A DNA stretch of 64,000 nucleotides from Octopus sinensis. Taxonomy: Eukaryota. The notes under the pieces were generated by a model. It was not told where the DNA came from and searched no databases. It saw only the letters and a list, made by a program, of their open reading frames with translations. Of this stretch, positions 25,701 through 39,170 are shown piece after piece (the first letter of the stretch is position 1; every line of letters begins with the position of its first letter). Position numbers and translations under genes: made by a program. The stretch is taken from the NCBI RefSeq assembly GCF_006345805.1, contig NC_042998.1, positions 27,342,001 to 27,406,000 of the forward strand, given 5' to 3'.

Positions 25701-27610
25701 TTTATGGTTCATTAAAAGGTAGAAAAAGCAAAGGAATATTACTTTGTAAATATTTTCATAATTTAGAATCTAAAATTGTACATTTTAGCTGTTGAGGTGT
25801 TAGTTATTTGAAGCTCGCACAAAATTGCAATATTTAGGCAGTTTTGTGCATTGTTGGCTTAACCCCTACTTAAAATATTATGGTTTTTTTTAATACACTC
25901 AGGTCATTAGTGACAGTGTTTTTCTTCACTTTGCTTTAATTTTCAATAAGATGTAAAGTATTGTAAAAAAAAAAAAAAGAAAAGAAAAAAAAAGCTTCTC
26001 CAACCTGAGAAATATTTCCAAATTAAAATGTGTGAATTAATATAATCTAAAGATTGGTTAGAACAGTATATTATTTCATACAATACATGGATTTCAGTAA
26101 ATAAATTCTGCATTGTTTTAAATATTTCTGTTTGCTGGTAGTATTTGTTTTATTTGAGACTGATGGAAAAAAAAAATTACATGCAAAAGAGATAAGTTGA
26201 TGAAAATATATTTCAGTGTCTTCCTTGAAAATTATTTGTATGTATTCTAAAAATAATGCTTTTTTTATAACATAAAACAAAAAAACAACAAACAAATATC
26301 TGGTAAAATCGCTTTTAAAAGGTGATGGTTTTTATTCTTTAATTTAAAGATTTTAGAAAAGTTTTGGTAGGTTACTTTTAAAAACTCTTGGTAGTATAAG
26401 TAGTAAGTTATGAAAATTGATGTGGAATTTTTTGGTGAATGTTAAATTGTGCAAGATATGTCCCTATTTTCTTTAACTGAATCCTTTGCTTTTGAAACCA
26501 TTGTGAACAAAGCATAACTTACTGGCACACATCCTGTTATAGATGAAAAAAAAAAAACAAATCTAAACTTTAATTGTTTTCCATTCATTTAAAATATCAA
26601 ATGGTTTTAATACAATTTTAGGCAACTAAACCACTTGTCTTGTGCAATTTAGATGTTTCATATGTATAGATAGTTTTTCTTCTAATTTCATTTCATTCTT
26701 AAGTTTTAATATTTAGGCTTTTTTTCCCCCCCATTTTAGGTAATCAACATAAAACTATTTTTTAAAGATAAAATAAAAATCATATTTAGTCACTAAAAAT
26801 ATATATTTCTTGATAAAAAATAGTCTACATAATCATTTTTTTTTTATTAATGTTCTAACGTTTAACAAAGCTTAGATGAAATTTTTTATAGTCATAAGTT
26901 TGTGTCTTGACATTTGTTCATAAGTAAATTGATCAAGTGATATTGTCGATTTGCAAAAGTCCCCTTTCCCCTCTTCAGAAATATTTCCAAGTTTGCAGAG
27001 CATAAGGGATTCTGAATTCTGACAAACTGCTAAAAGTGCATGCAAATATGGTACTTCCACTTATATAAGCTGCTAGCTGGGAGTGAAAAAAACAATTTAT
27101 TTCCCTCCTACTTAAGGATGCAGTGCCAGCTGTAAGTGAATGCATTCTCCAAAAACATTGTATATAGTTTGTTTTGTTTTTTTTTCTTTTTTTTTTTGAA
27201 CACATTTTCCTAAACATAGTGTGCAATGTATATAACATATATAATGCACATATATGTATATACCATATATATAATGCACATATATGTATAATATATATAT
27301 ATGTTTAATATATATGTATAATATATATTATATGCATACACATTTATATAAATTTTAAAAAATCAATATTTGCACATTTTTTATTCTATTTGGATAGCAA
27401 GTAAAATATGCACATGGCTTGCTTGATTATTAATAAACCTAAAAATTTGAATTTTATTACTTTTATAAATGTGCAATAATTTGATTTTAAAATGCATTTT
27501 TAGTAATATATTCTCATTTATGGAGAAGTATTTTTGTAAAAAAAAAGATAAACATAAAATCATAAAAATGTAAACTGTGATCAAATAAAATATATTAATC
27601 TCTGTATATT
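19791..27610 (+). other. Putative very long 3' UTR of ARID5
   Basis: Very AT-rich, poly-A/poly-T runs, none of the SINE/MITE families that fill the rest of the window; ends near an AATAAA followed by U/GU-rich sequence. Extent is inferred. Confidence 0.6.
27584..27589 (+). terminator. Candidate distal polyadenylation signal of ARID5
   Basis: AATAAA followed by a T/GT-rich tract (ctctgtatattgctctgtactggtttatcttt) near where the repeat-free zone ends. Confidence 0.45.
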
Positions 27611-28836
27611 GCTCTGTACTGGTTTATCTTTGGCAGTATTTTCCGTTTTAATATTTTTGAAACATTTCCCAAGTATGTTGTATGATGTTTTAGATGTGAT
27701 TCTATTTTTTCTAAATTCAGAATTAAGTCATTTAAACAAACAAAAAAAGGGGGGGAAGAAAATAAATTCTTTTGGCGTAAACTTTGTTAGAAAACTTTGC
27801 AAAAAATATTTTATCTATTTGTAGCAGCTGTATATATTATATTAGTTTTAATCAGTTAAGATCTTCTGCTGTTAGCTTTTCAATGAAACTTAATTGCTTT
27901 CTGTTATTGCCTTAAAAAAATTACAAATCCTCTTCAAAAAAAAAAAGAGAGGATTAAAACCTCATACATTGAATGTATGTTTTGGCCTCTATTTTTCTAG
28001 AAGCTGTGAGAATATATTTATTAGTCCTTTAGTTAGTGAGTCTTGCTGTAGGTGTACTTTTAATTGTACTTGTGTGGATTGAGCTGCCTTCAACCAACAA
28101 GTTCACCACATGCCTCATGAATGTTGATCACATCTGACGGTTGGTCCTAATGTTTTAGCAGGCAAAGTAGTGCTTCTGCCTGCGGCCCAAAATTCCAGCA
28201 TGCAAATTTGACAAATGCCCCACGGAGGGAACAGGCACATTGGATGATGGCACAAATGTCGTAACTGCAGTTTGTTTTTGGAGTTTCAGTGGAAAATACA
28301 AGTTCACATGTGGTCCTCAGTTACATGTATACACACCTTGGGATTGTGAGATCCACAGCAGCTCATCTTGCCATCAATTCTTGACTGTCACAGAGGATTT
28401 GCAGACCCAAGTCCTTGCCAATTATCAGCAGATGTATCCTGGGTTTGAAGCGGGTAGTACACATGCTAGTTAACCCATAGCTGGGCCCTAACAGGTGCCT
28501 CCACTCTGGGTCAGAGTAGTCCTGGGAACAACAGTGGGCAAGAGGTGGTTCCACACTCCTCAAAACGCTGGACATCCTGTACCCAGGCCCTGCTACCAAT
28601 TTAAAGTCCTACTCAGGACAATTGCTGTAGGAGTGTAGTGATTTCTAACAAATTAGATGGATATGTATATAATCTAAATATGTAGGTGCTGTGTGGTGAG
28701 AAGCTTGCTTCCCAACCACATGATTCCGGGTTCAGGCCACTGCGTGACACCTTGGGCAAATGTCTTCTACTATAGCCTCGGTCTTACCAAAGCCTTGTAA
28801 GTGGATTTGGTAGATGGAATCTGAAAGAAGCCCATC

Positions 28837-28867
<31 letters not shown>

Positions 28868-29153
28868 CGTTTGTGTGTCTGTGCTTGTCCCCCCTCCATT
28901 GCTTGACAACTGATGCTGGTGTCTTTACGTCCCTGTAACTTAGCAGTCTGGCAAAAGCAACCGATAGAATGAACTAGGCTTACAAAGAATGTTTTGGGGG
29001 GTCGATTTGTTTGACTAAAGGCAGTGCTCCAGCAAGGCCGCAGTCAACTGAAATAAGGAAAAGAATAAAAGAATATCAATAAAAATTTAGTTATTGATTT
29101 TTTTATTTCCCCATTCACGTGACAAAATTGAAAATGCAGTAACATTACAACTT

Positions 29154-29256
29154 AAAATAAATTATGCAAAGTATCTCTCAGCTGTTAAAATAAATTATGC
29201 AAAGTATCTCTCAGCTGTTAAAATAAATTATGCAAAGTATCTCTCAGCTGTTAAAA
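29154..29256. repeat. 33-bp tandem repeat x3
   Basis: AAAATAAATTATGCAAAGTATCTCTCAGCTGTT at 29154, 29187 and 29220 (KINYAKYLSAV x3 in the ORF track). Confidence 0.9.
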
Positions 29257-31704
29257 CGAAGCCAACAGAAAAGAATTTGATAAATATAAGCGCTGTTTAT
29301 TCCAATTTTCCCTCCATAAATAATGATAACAATAAGAATAACTATTTGGAATAATTTAAAATCAAATTAAATCATTTAAGTTGCATGTAAAATAATGGTT
29401 CTATTTATTTAAAATTGATGATAACCAGTAGTTTTCTCAAATATCTAACACGATTATCTTTTCTATTACTGATGAGCAAAGAAACTGTAGAATAATTGCG
29501 TCCGATCTATATGCAAGTATTTTTCTCCTTCAGTTCTTTTATTTGAATACAAGATTATAATTTCCCAACATTAGGAGCTTTTGCACTTGGCAATATTCGT
29601 TATTAATTCTTGTTCAGGATAAGCTTCTTTGAATTCTTAATGTATTTTTCTCTCAAGTTCACCTAAAACTTAAACCAGCAATTCCTTATTAAAGAAAATA
29701 ACAATTTTGAATATATTTCTTCGTTATATAGTCTTTGACATAACATAATAAATTAATATTTAAAATATCGCCTAAACTTTATGTCTTCTCGCTGGAGTAT
29801 GCTTACCAAAGGAAACATTTTATAAAAGCTTAATGGAACAAAATTAGACTCATTAAGTGTAAATTAGCTTAGCTGAAATAAAGAACACGTTTGAATTCAG
29901 CAGAATAAGGAAACACTCAGCAATTTTACAGTGCTGCTTCTATTTATAGCATTTAATTGTTCCTAAATTGTATCAATTTGCAGCTAGGTGACAGGGCCAT
30001 TTGTCTCAGCAAAGTGAAAGTGTACCTCTGACTTTTTTTTTTTTTTAGTTCTTGGACTGTTAACCTATTTACTCAATCAGCAGGATTGTCAAAATAAATG
30101 CAAACTGTCTTGACTGTCTCTTGATGCTGGCATTGGGTCAATGCAAAGTTTTTTTGGGTTTTTTTTATAAGTTCTTTGGAAGAAGAGGAGGAATTAGCAA
30201 GCTGGAGCCCATCTCCTGCCAGGCAGTTGATTAGAGAGAAAATTGCAGGTAGACAGAGATGAAATAGTTCAGAATGATTTATTCTATTTTGTGTTCTTGA
30301 CTTACCAGCAACTTTGCACTACTTGGCAGCATTTACGTTTGTGGTTTATACAACTTATCCAAATAATGTGAACGATATTTATGTTTTGAGTTCAAAGCTT
30401 ACCAAAGTCAGTTTTGCTTTTCATCTTTTTGAAGTTGATAAACGAAGTACTTGTTAAGCACTGCAGTAAATCTAATTGATCATAATCCCCTTAATTTGAA
30501 GCCTTGTGCTTCTCTTATCATCATCCATTTTCCATACTGGCATGGGTTGAATGGCTTGACAGGAGCTGGCAAGTCCAGGGGCTACACCAGGTTCCAGAGT
30601 CTGTCTTGGCCTGGTTTCTACAGCTGGATGCTCTTCTTCATGCCAACCACTTTACAGAGTGTATTGGGTGCTTTTTACATGTTCTGTTAGTAATCAATAT
30701 TATGAGGTATATTTTAATAAAAGTGGAGATAGAATCCTGTTATTCTTGTATAAAACTGCAATAATTTGGTTCAAATGGCACTTTTTTAGCCTTGTGTGTC
30801 AAAATTTTAATTTCTTTCAATAATTCTTTATCACTGTACAAGTTAAATACTTGCTAAATAAGAAAGAATTTAATATATTATTATCAGTGATGACTCAGTT
30901 TTTACCCCTCCCTGTCTATAATTTATATATTTCTTTACTGCCCACAAGGGGCGAAACATAGAGGGGATAAACAAGGACAGACAAAGGGATTAAGTCGATT
31001 ACATCGACCTCAGTGTGAAACTGGTACTTTATTTATCAACCCCGAAAGAATGAAAGGCAAAATCGACCTCGGTGGAATTTGAACGCAAACAAAATACCGC
31101 TAAGCATTTCGCCCGGTGCGCTAACGTTTCTGCCAGCTCACCATCTGTAATTTATATAAGATCTACATTGATCTATATGAGCCAAAGAGGGCCCTCTGCA
31201 GTTGCTTGACCTACTACAAATAGTAGCTTGAATCTTTGTCAAATCATGCCCTGCCAAATTCCAAAAATGGCTACATTGGATAATGCAGTTAAAATGCTCC
31301 TAGAAAGCCAAGATGGTCATAGCTTGGCAGTTTCAGATGAAAGATCTTGGGCTGAACAAAATTATCATCATATATGATCAATGGCGTTAATTCGGTGGAA
31401 ATAATGCGACAAACATGTCAAGTGTAAGCTAGGTAATTGTCTTAAACTTAATCAGCTTTGTCTCTTTTGTATGTAAGTAAAATTAATTCTAGTATTTAAA
31501 CCAGCCATATCCAGCATAAATACTCTTATGTTCTACTTGTTTTATGTTCCAACTGACCATTAAGGCCATTAACTAACCTCTCAACGGCATACAGGAATAA
31601 CCACATCATCAAATTCTCAAAGATAGAAGATAATGCATGTTTAATTCAAATCAATATGAATAAATAAGCATTACATTTGACAGAGTAATCTGAATGATAA
31701 AGAA

Positions 31705-32450
31705 TTAACCCCTTCATTACCAACCCAGCCAAAACCGGCTCTGTAGTACAAATGTCTTGTTTTCATAAGTTTTGCATTAAAATCTTCCACCTTAGTCACA
31801 ATTAAAATCTTCCATCTTAGTCACAATTTATGTTCCTAATACTAGCTTAATGATAACTAAGTTATTTTACTAAATTATTTGTTATATTTAAAATTAATTA
31901 AAAGTAACACAGAGCATCTCAAAATAAATATGGTAATAAAAGAGTTAACAAATGATTAATTTAACCCTTTTGATACCAACCCACCTGAAACCACCACTGG
32001 CTCTGTGGTACAAATGTCTTGTTTTCATAAGTTTTGCATTAAAATCTTCCACCTTAGTCACAATTAAAATCTTCCATCTTAGTCACAATTTATGTTCCTA
32101 ATACTAGCTTAATGATAACTAAGTTATTTTACTAAATTATTTGTTATATTTAAAATTAATTAAAAGTAACACAGAGCATCTCAAAATAAATATGGTAATA
32201 AAAGAGTTAACAAATGATTAATTTAACCCTTTTGATACCAACCCACCTGAAACCACCACTGGCTCTGTGGTACAAATGTCTTGTTTTCATAAGTTTTGAA
32301 CTAAAATCTTTTACCAAACCTTAGTAACAATTTATGTTCCTAACACTAGCTTAATGATAGCTAAGTTATTTTACTAAATTCTTTGTTATATTTAAAAATG
32401 ATTGAAAGAAACAGAGTATCTCAAAATAAATACAGTAATGAAAGGGTTAA
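31705..32450. mobile_element. piggyBac-like MITE trimer with a 262-bp near-identical tandem duplication
   Basis: TTAA at both ends (31705, 32447); junction TTAA-CAAATGATTAAT-TTAA at 31945-31964 and 32207-32226. Confidence 0.75.
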
Positions 32451-34084
32451 ACACTGGAAGATAACTATTTTTTCTCAGATATAACCCCTAAATAGGAATG
32501 TTTCTGAAATGAGTTAGGGCTAACTATATGCACTCAAAATTAAATTATGGTTATAGAATAATTCTTTAAAAATGCCTTATAAAGAAGATATGCTAATAAA
32601 ATCTAAGACTCCCATTTTTTAAATTTCAGAATTTAATGACCTGTTCAACCCTTTTCATACCAAGACACTTAAGACCTTCTCTTGTTCTGTTACACAAATA
32701 CAAACTTTCTGTTTCAAAGAGATTTATAAAATCTTCCAGAATTCCATGTTGTTCCAAACACCAGCTTAATAACAACAAAGTTATTTTACTAAATTCTTCA
32801 TTATTTTTCAAAATAAATTAAAACAATGACTGTGTATTTCAAGAGAAATATGCTGACAAAAGGTTTAAAAGAACTTTAAGAAATAAAACAAAAAAAAAAA
32901 TTCACCTAAAGGTAATCCTTTTTGAATCACTCTGGTTTCTTTAGCTTTAAGAAGGCAAGGGATGTTACATTGATCTAATGCACATAGATTTTCCTGCTCA
33001 AAGAACCAAATTTGGCATTGCATATTACTAAAAAATTCCACTATTTGCAACTGAATTAGAAGACCTGGATAGTAATTAATTGTGATAAGAGCTTTGAAGC
33101 TGTTGTGTGTCACAACAGGTATCCAGTAAAGCTAAGTCACATTTTTAGACAAGAAAAAAATGTCACCGGGAAAACAGTCACATTTTGTTTAAATACTATA
33201 AACAAATGGAGGCACAATGGTCCAGTGGTTAGGGTAAGCGGACTTGCGGTCGTAGGATCGCGGTTTCGATTCCCAGTCCAGCCATTGTGAGTGTTTATTG
33301 AGCAAAAACACCTAAAAGTTCCACGAGGCTCCAGCAGGGGGTGGTGGCGATCCCTGCTGTACTTCTTTCTCTCACTCTTTCTTCCATTGGCCTGCTCGCT
33401 TAGCCAGCGGGGCGGCGTCATTTGAAGGCTATATTAATGCGAAGTGCATTGTGACCAGCGATGTGTAGCAACATCTGATAGCCTGGTCGGTCAAGGTGAT
33501 CACTATAAACAAATTAATAAAACAATATTTTAAGTCGGTTATTAACTGACAGTACACGACTTTTACACAATTTATATTTGATGGCATTACACACGAAAAG
33601 AAAAAAAACATTTTTTTTTTCAATTTTTTAAAGCAAAAACAAAGTACTTAAGTCATTTATTGACAGTACATGACTTGTACAGTGTGAGAACACCTTACAT
33701 AGGATCAAGGCATTACAAATGGTAGATTCAGTATTTTTAATGGTGATGATGACTAAGACAAACATTCCAGCCAACAGCACAAAGAAACCCTGCCAGTCTT
33801 GTAGTCCTCCTGTTGAGCGATTCACAACTTTATTTCAAGATTTTGCCATAATACCATAAAGGCATTACACAGAGGGAGAAGGTTGCGGGTTGGACAAAGA
33901 CATTAATGAGATGAATGATGAAAAGGATGGTATTAGGATGGTATTAATATGAGAAGACAAAAAACACCTGCTGATCTTTTCTTCTCTAAAACATTGTTCT
34001 TTTTTTCTGTTATTTTGAAATAATGGCTATAGTTCCATAGCCATTATTTTCAATTACAGCCTGTATATACTCTCTCTTAACTCT

Positions 34085-34490
34085 CTTTTACTCTTTTACT
34101 TGTTTCAGTCATTTGACTGCGGCCATGCTGGAGCACCGCCTTTAATCGAGCAACTCGACCCCGGGACTTATTCTTTTGTAAGCCCAGTACTTATTCTATT
34201 GGTCTCTTTTGCCGAACCGCTATGTAACGGGGACATAAACACACCAGCATCGGTTGTCAAACAATGCTAGGGGGACAAACACAGACACACAAACATACAT
34301 GCACACACATATATACATACATATATACGACGGGCTTCTTTCAGTTTCCGCCTACCAAATCCACTCACAAGGCATTGGTCGGCCCGGGGCTATAGCAGAA
34401 GACACTTGCCCCAAGATGCCACGCAGTGGGACTGAACCCGGAACCATGTGGTTGGTTAGCAAGCTACTTACCACACAGCCACTCCTGCGC
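34085..34490 (-). mobile_element. Family B SINE, near-consensus copy
   Basis: Reverse complement of the 43256-43660 copy with high identity and retained CpGs. Confidence 0.85.
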
Positions 34491-36620
34491 CTTCGACAGA
34501 CTTTGTTCAAGTTCTCTCTACCAAATCCACTCGCAAAGTTTTGGTTAACCTGGGGCTATAATAGAAGATACTCGCTCAAGATCTCTGCAATGGGATAACA
34601 CAGAACTATATGACTGGGAATCAAACTTCTAAACCAAACAGCCATGCTTGCACCTGTCACCCCTAAACTTTCCACAAGGACACACGGTATTTATTTCATA
34701 AGACCTGCTTCATCATCATTGTCATCATCATCATCATCATCATTGTTTAACGTCCGTTTTCCATGCTAGCATGGGTTGGATGGTTTGACCAGGGTCTGGG
34801 AAGCCAGGAGGCTGCACCAGGCTCCAGTCTGATCTGGCAATGTTTCTACAGCTGGATGCCCTTCCTAATGCCAACTACTCCGTGAGTGTAGTGGGGGCTT
34901 TTTACGTGCCACCGGCACAGGTGCCAGTCAAGGCAGTGCTGGCATCTGCCATGTTCGGATGGTGCTTTTTACGTGCCACCAGCACGGGTATCACAACTAC
35001 AATTTCCATTTGATTTTTATTTTGATGTTGATGTACTTGACTCAATAGGTCTCCTCAAGCACAGCAGGTTGCCCTACGATCCAAGGTAAGTGCAGCAGGC
35101 CGTCCTGCGAGCCGTGAATTCACTTCATTTATCAGGTCTTCGCAGTCACAGCATATCTCCAGAAGTCTCGGTCTTTCATCATTGCCTCTAGAACAAAACT
35201 GTCCTTACTTGATCTAATATCAATTCTTAGATTTTTGTTATTAGAATTATTCTCAAAATACAAAAAAAAAAAGAAAAAAATCAAGGAAAGAAAAGTTAAT
35301 TTACCCAAGAATGTTGTGTACCATTATTGCATGGAAGTAAGCATCAGACAAAACCAAAACTTGGAGCTAAGTTCATTGATGACTTTGAGACAGACGTGAC
35401 CATTGCAACTGTTCTGCCCTAACCTGTGAAACCTGTTTGGTTGATTACCCAGATCAGCAATTAGTTGTCTCTGTTAATTACACTTGTGTTTACTGGATAA
35501 TGCACCCAACACCAGAGCTGAAGACACCTCCGAAAGGTGGGGGGGTCGCACCATGTCAAAATGGTAGAGGAGTAGGGGCCGAAACTGGACGTGGTTCCTC
35601 CCGATGATGACTTGAGCTAACTGGATTCTATAAAGGAGCTGTTGTGGTAGCAGACCACGAAACACAGTTGAAATTCCTCCTTTTTGTGTTCACTGGATAA
35701 TTAAATCTTTATTCTTATAATCAAGAACTAATTTAAATGCTTATCTTTTATTTTTTACTTGTTTCAGTCATTAGATTACGATCATGCTGGGGCACTGCCT
35801 TGAAGAATTTTAGTCAAATGAATAATTCTCAGTTCTTTTTTTTTTTTTTTATCAAAGCCAGGTCTTTATTCTATTGGTCTCTTTTTGCTGAACCACTAAG
35901 TCACAGATATAAACTCACCAAACACCAGTTGTCAAGTAGTGGTGGGAGACACACTTAGACACATGCACGCGCACACACACACACACCCATGATGGACTTC
36001 TTTCAATTTCTTATTTCTTTATTGCCCACAAGGGGCTAAACATAGAGGGAACAAACAAGGACAGACAAAGGGATTAAGTCGATTACATCAACCCCAGTGC
36101 GTAACTGGTACTTATTTTATTGTCCCCGAAAGGATGAAAGGCAAAGTCGACCTCAGCGGAATTTGAACTCAGAAAGTAACGGTAGACGAAATACCGCTAA
36201 GCATTTTGTCCAGCGTGCTAACGTTTCTACCAGCTCACCGCCTTTTTTCAGTTCTTTCAGTTTCTGTCTACCAAATCCATTTACAAGGATTAATCTAGCC
36301 TGAGGCTATAGTAGACCTCACTCACCCGAGGTGCCATGCAGTGGGACTGAACCTGGAACCATATGGTTGCAAAGCAAGATTCTTACTCCACAGCTATGCC
36401 TGCTACTGTTTATTAACAATCCTCCATGCTAATGCTCACAGCTACTCAACCAAAACAAATTAGTACCAAAGTATGGTATTGAAAAGAAACTGTTTGGCAG
36501 TTACTTATCCTTTATCTTTCATCACATGTCTGTGTATGCATATTTAATCTATATATCTGCCATATTTCTATTTGATAGTCATCTATTATGTAGATCTCCT
36601 ACTCTGTTTTTAGTTTAATA

Positions 36621-37007
36621 ATAGCTGTATCACCTGGCGTTGCTCGGGTTTGTTTCAACCATTTAGAATTGGAATTTTTGAAAAGAAAAATTTTGCATTA
36701 TGTAGCTTGTTATTCTTTTTAAGTGAACATTTTTCTGGTTGAAATACACCAAAAAAATGGCGACACAGCAGTAAAAGAATCGTAAAAAATAGGGATAGAA
36801 AAAAAGCACCTTTTTGATGTAAATAATTTTTGGTGTTAACATGGTCCGATTTGAATTTTTTTCTTCTGCAGAAGGAAGAGCAAGCCTTCTTCTATCATAC
36901 TCTCAATTTTGGTCAACTTGCGCCACAGGGTATCGGAGGAGATAGTGTTAGTTGAAGGCTACCAAACCTGCCATACACAGACAACTTCAGCTTTATATAT
37001 AGAGAGA
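36621..37007 (-). mobile_element. Non-autonomous Helitron, same family as 62913-63276
   Basis: A|TC start on the - strand, shared internal sequence (aacaccaaaaattattta...aaaaaggtgctttttt), 3' hairpin cccgagcaacgccagg with a mutated CTAG. Confidence 0.7.
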
Positions 37008-38123
37008 TGTGTATGGCTGTGTGAAGTGAGAGATATACTTCTTATATAAAAAAAGGCCAGTTTAAATAACATTTTTAAACATAAATGAGAGAACACTTTT
37101 TAAGAAGTTTCTATCATCTTAGACAAGTTCCTTCCTGAAAATTTCATGATGTTCATATGCCTTCACTCTGAAGCCATCTATTAGCAATTCCTCTTATTCT
37201 CAGCTTCCCTGCTGACACAGATTATACTCAGACATGTTCTTCAACTTATATTTGTTTTAGCTATTCAGATTAACAAAAGTAGGATTTTAATTAATTCTGT
37301 GAGAGTTTATATTGTTCAATATGTGTTTATTTTCATCACTGTCATTTCTTTTACTTTTCTGGAGATTATTGTTATAATTTTATAAAACTTTTAAGGCATA
37401 AATTTCAAATATAAATCTTTTGTGTTATAAATTATATCCCTTGTTATCTCGAACAATTAAATGTGTAGGGCAAAGTGCTTTGTTTGTTTGTTTTTTTTAT
37501 CAAAGAAAGAATTTGATTAGTTTTTCTAAAGTTCTACTGTAGCTTTCTTGTCTGTATTGCGGTCACGTATACATTATCATAAAATTTATGACATTAAAAA
37601 TATGGTTCTCATTATAATGATTAGAGCTGTCGGCAAGGGAGGTAGAACTAGTATTATCAGAACAAGCACCTATATAAGAATTCCTCAAGTAGTTGTGTTT
37701 GTTTTAGCCTATTATATAAATACTGTTCTGTATCTCATGAGTGTATCATTTGCAAAGTTATATTCAGTTCATTACACTGAATAATGTATATCCTTTATCT
37801 TCAATTTATTTATTTTATTTCAGTTATTTATATATCTATTGACTCACTCAGAAGGGGGTAGGCAGGGCTTAAAAGTCTTTTTCAAGGTTTCCAAACGAGA
37901 GGGATACAATGGAAGAAGTTTTCCTCAGACTAGATACAGAGCTTGGAAGGTTATAAGAATATGAACACAGCTAAAAGTATCCAAGTGTGAAGTGGTGGTG
38001 TTACACTGCAAGACTAATTCAATTTAACATTAGTTGCTTATTTTTACCAGAGGAAAATGTTTTCTCATAATCTGGCCTTGATTTTAACAGATTACAACAG
38101 TAAATGTGAATGATATATATATA

Positions 38124-38154
<31 letters not shown>

Positions 38155-38359
38155 GTATACATATATGTATGTATATATATATATGTGTGTGTGTGTGTGT
38201 AGGGAGAATTCACGAAAAAACAATAGACAAAGACAGGTGGTGTAGAAAATAAAAAATAAACAGATGTATTAGTATAATGCTCAGGAATTGAAAAGAAAGG
38301 AACACAGAAAGAAACAAGGAGAGAAAAAAATGTGTGTAGTGGCTACCAATCTATCATGG

Positions 38360-38403
<44 letters not shown>

Positions 38404-38691
38404 AAATTGAGTTTAAAGAGATATATTATCCTGGTGGTTACTGTGTTCCCTCTTAGTTCGGTCTTAGATGCTGGCTAACCTCAACAGTCCTTATATGGTA
38501 CATGAGCTAACAACAAGTTGCTTGGCTCTGGTAACTTCTCTTGCAAGGTAAATCCGAGTGCCCTGTTCAGGGATGCATAATTTCCATTGAGTAAGTAATA
38601 GTATAAATAATGATAAGGAGAATGGAGATTTTTATTAGAAAATTTTATCAGTGGCTAACCTATGAAAAATACCTTTTAAAGGTGAAAACTA

Positions 38692-38870
38692 TATATACAA
38701 TTATAAATAAGGGCCAAAATTTGCTGCAAAATAGATACTAAATCGTCTAACCACAAAATATATAAAATACAAGTGAAAATATTTTATGTGGTTAGACGAT
38801 TTAGCATCTATTTTTCAGCATATTGGTAAAGAAAATATTTTCTTTTTGCCCTTATTTATAATTGTATATA
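38692..38870. repeat. Foldback palindrome (~70-90-bp arms) between microsatellites
   Basis: tatatacaattataaataagggc...ctaaatcgtctaaccaca is mirrored by tgtggttagacgatttag...gcccttatttataattgtatata. Confidence 0.85.
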
Positions 38871-38947
38871 TGTATGTATATGTACGTATGTATACATACA
38901 CATATACATATATATATAGTTATATGTATATATATATATGTGTATAA

Positions 38948-38978
<31 letters not shown>

Positions 38979-39014
38979 TATATATATATATAATTACATA
39001 TATATATATGTGTG

Positions 39015-39046
<32 letters not shown>

Positions 39047-39102
39047 TATATATATATACACTGTACATGCACACACACATATATATATATATATATAATT
39101 AC

Positions 39103-39170
<68 letters not shown>
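38871..39170. repeat. Compound (TA)n/(CA)n microsatellite
   Basis: Direct reading; source of the spurious YIYI/CVCV ORFs. Confidence 0.95.

Noticed and set aside
29461-29495. CTGATGA...GAAAC-T-GTA motif
   Set aside because: No pairing stem II and a mismatch at the base of stem I; probably chance.
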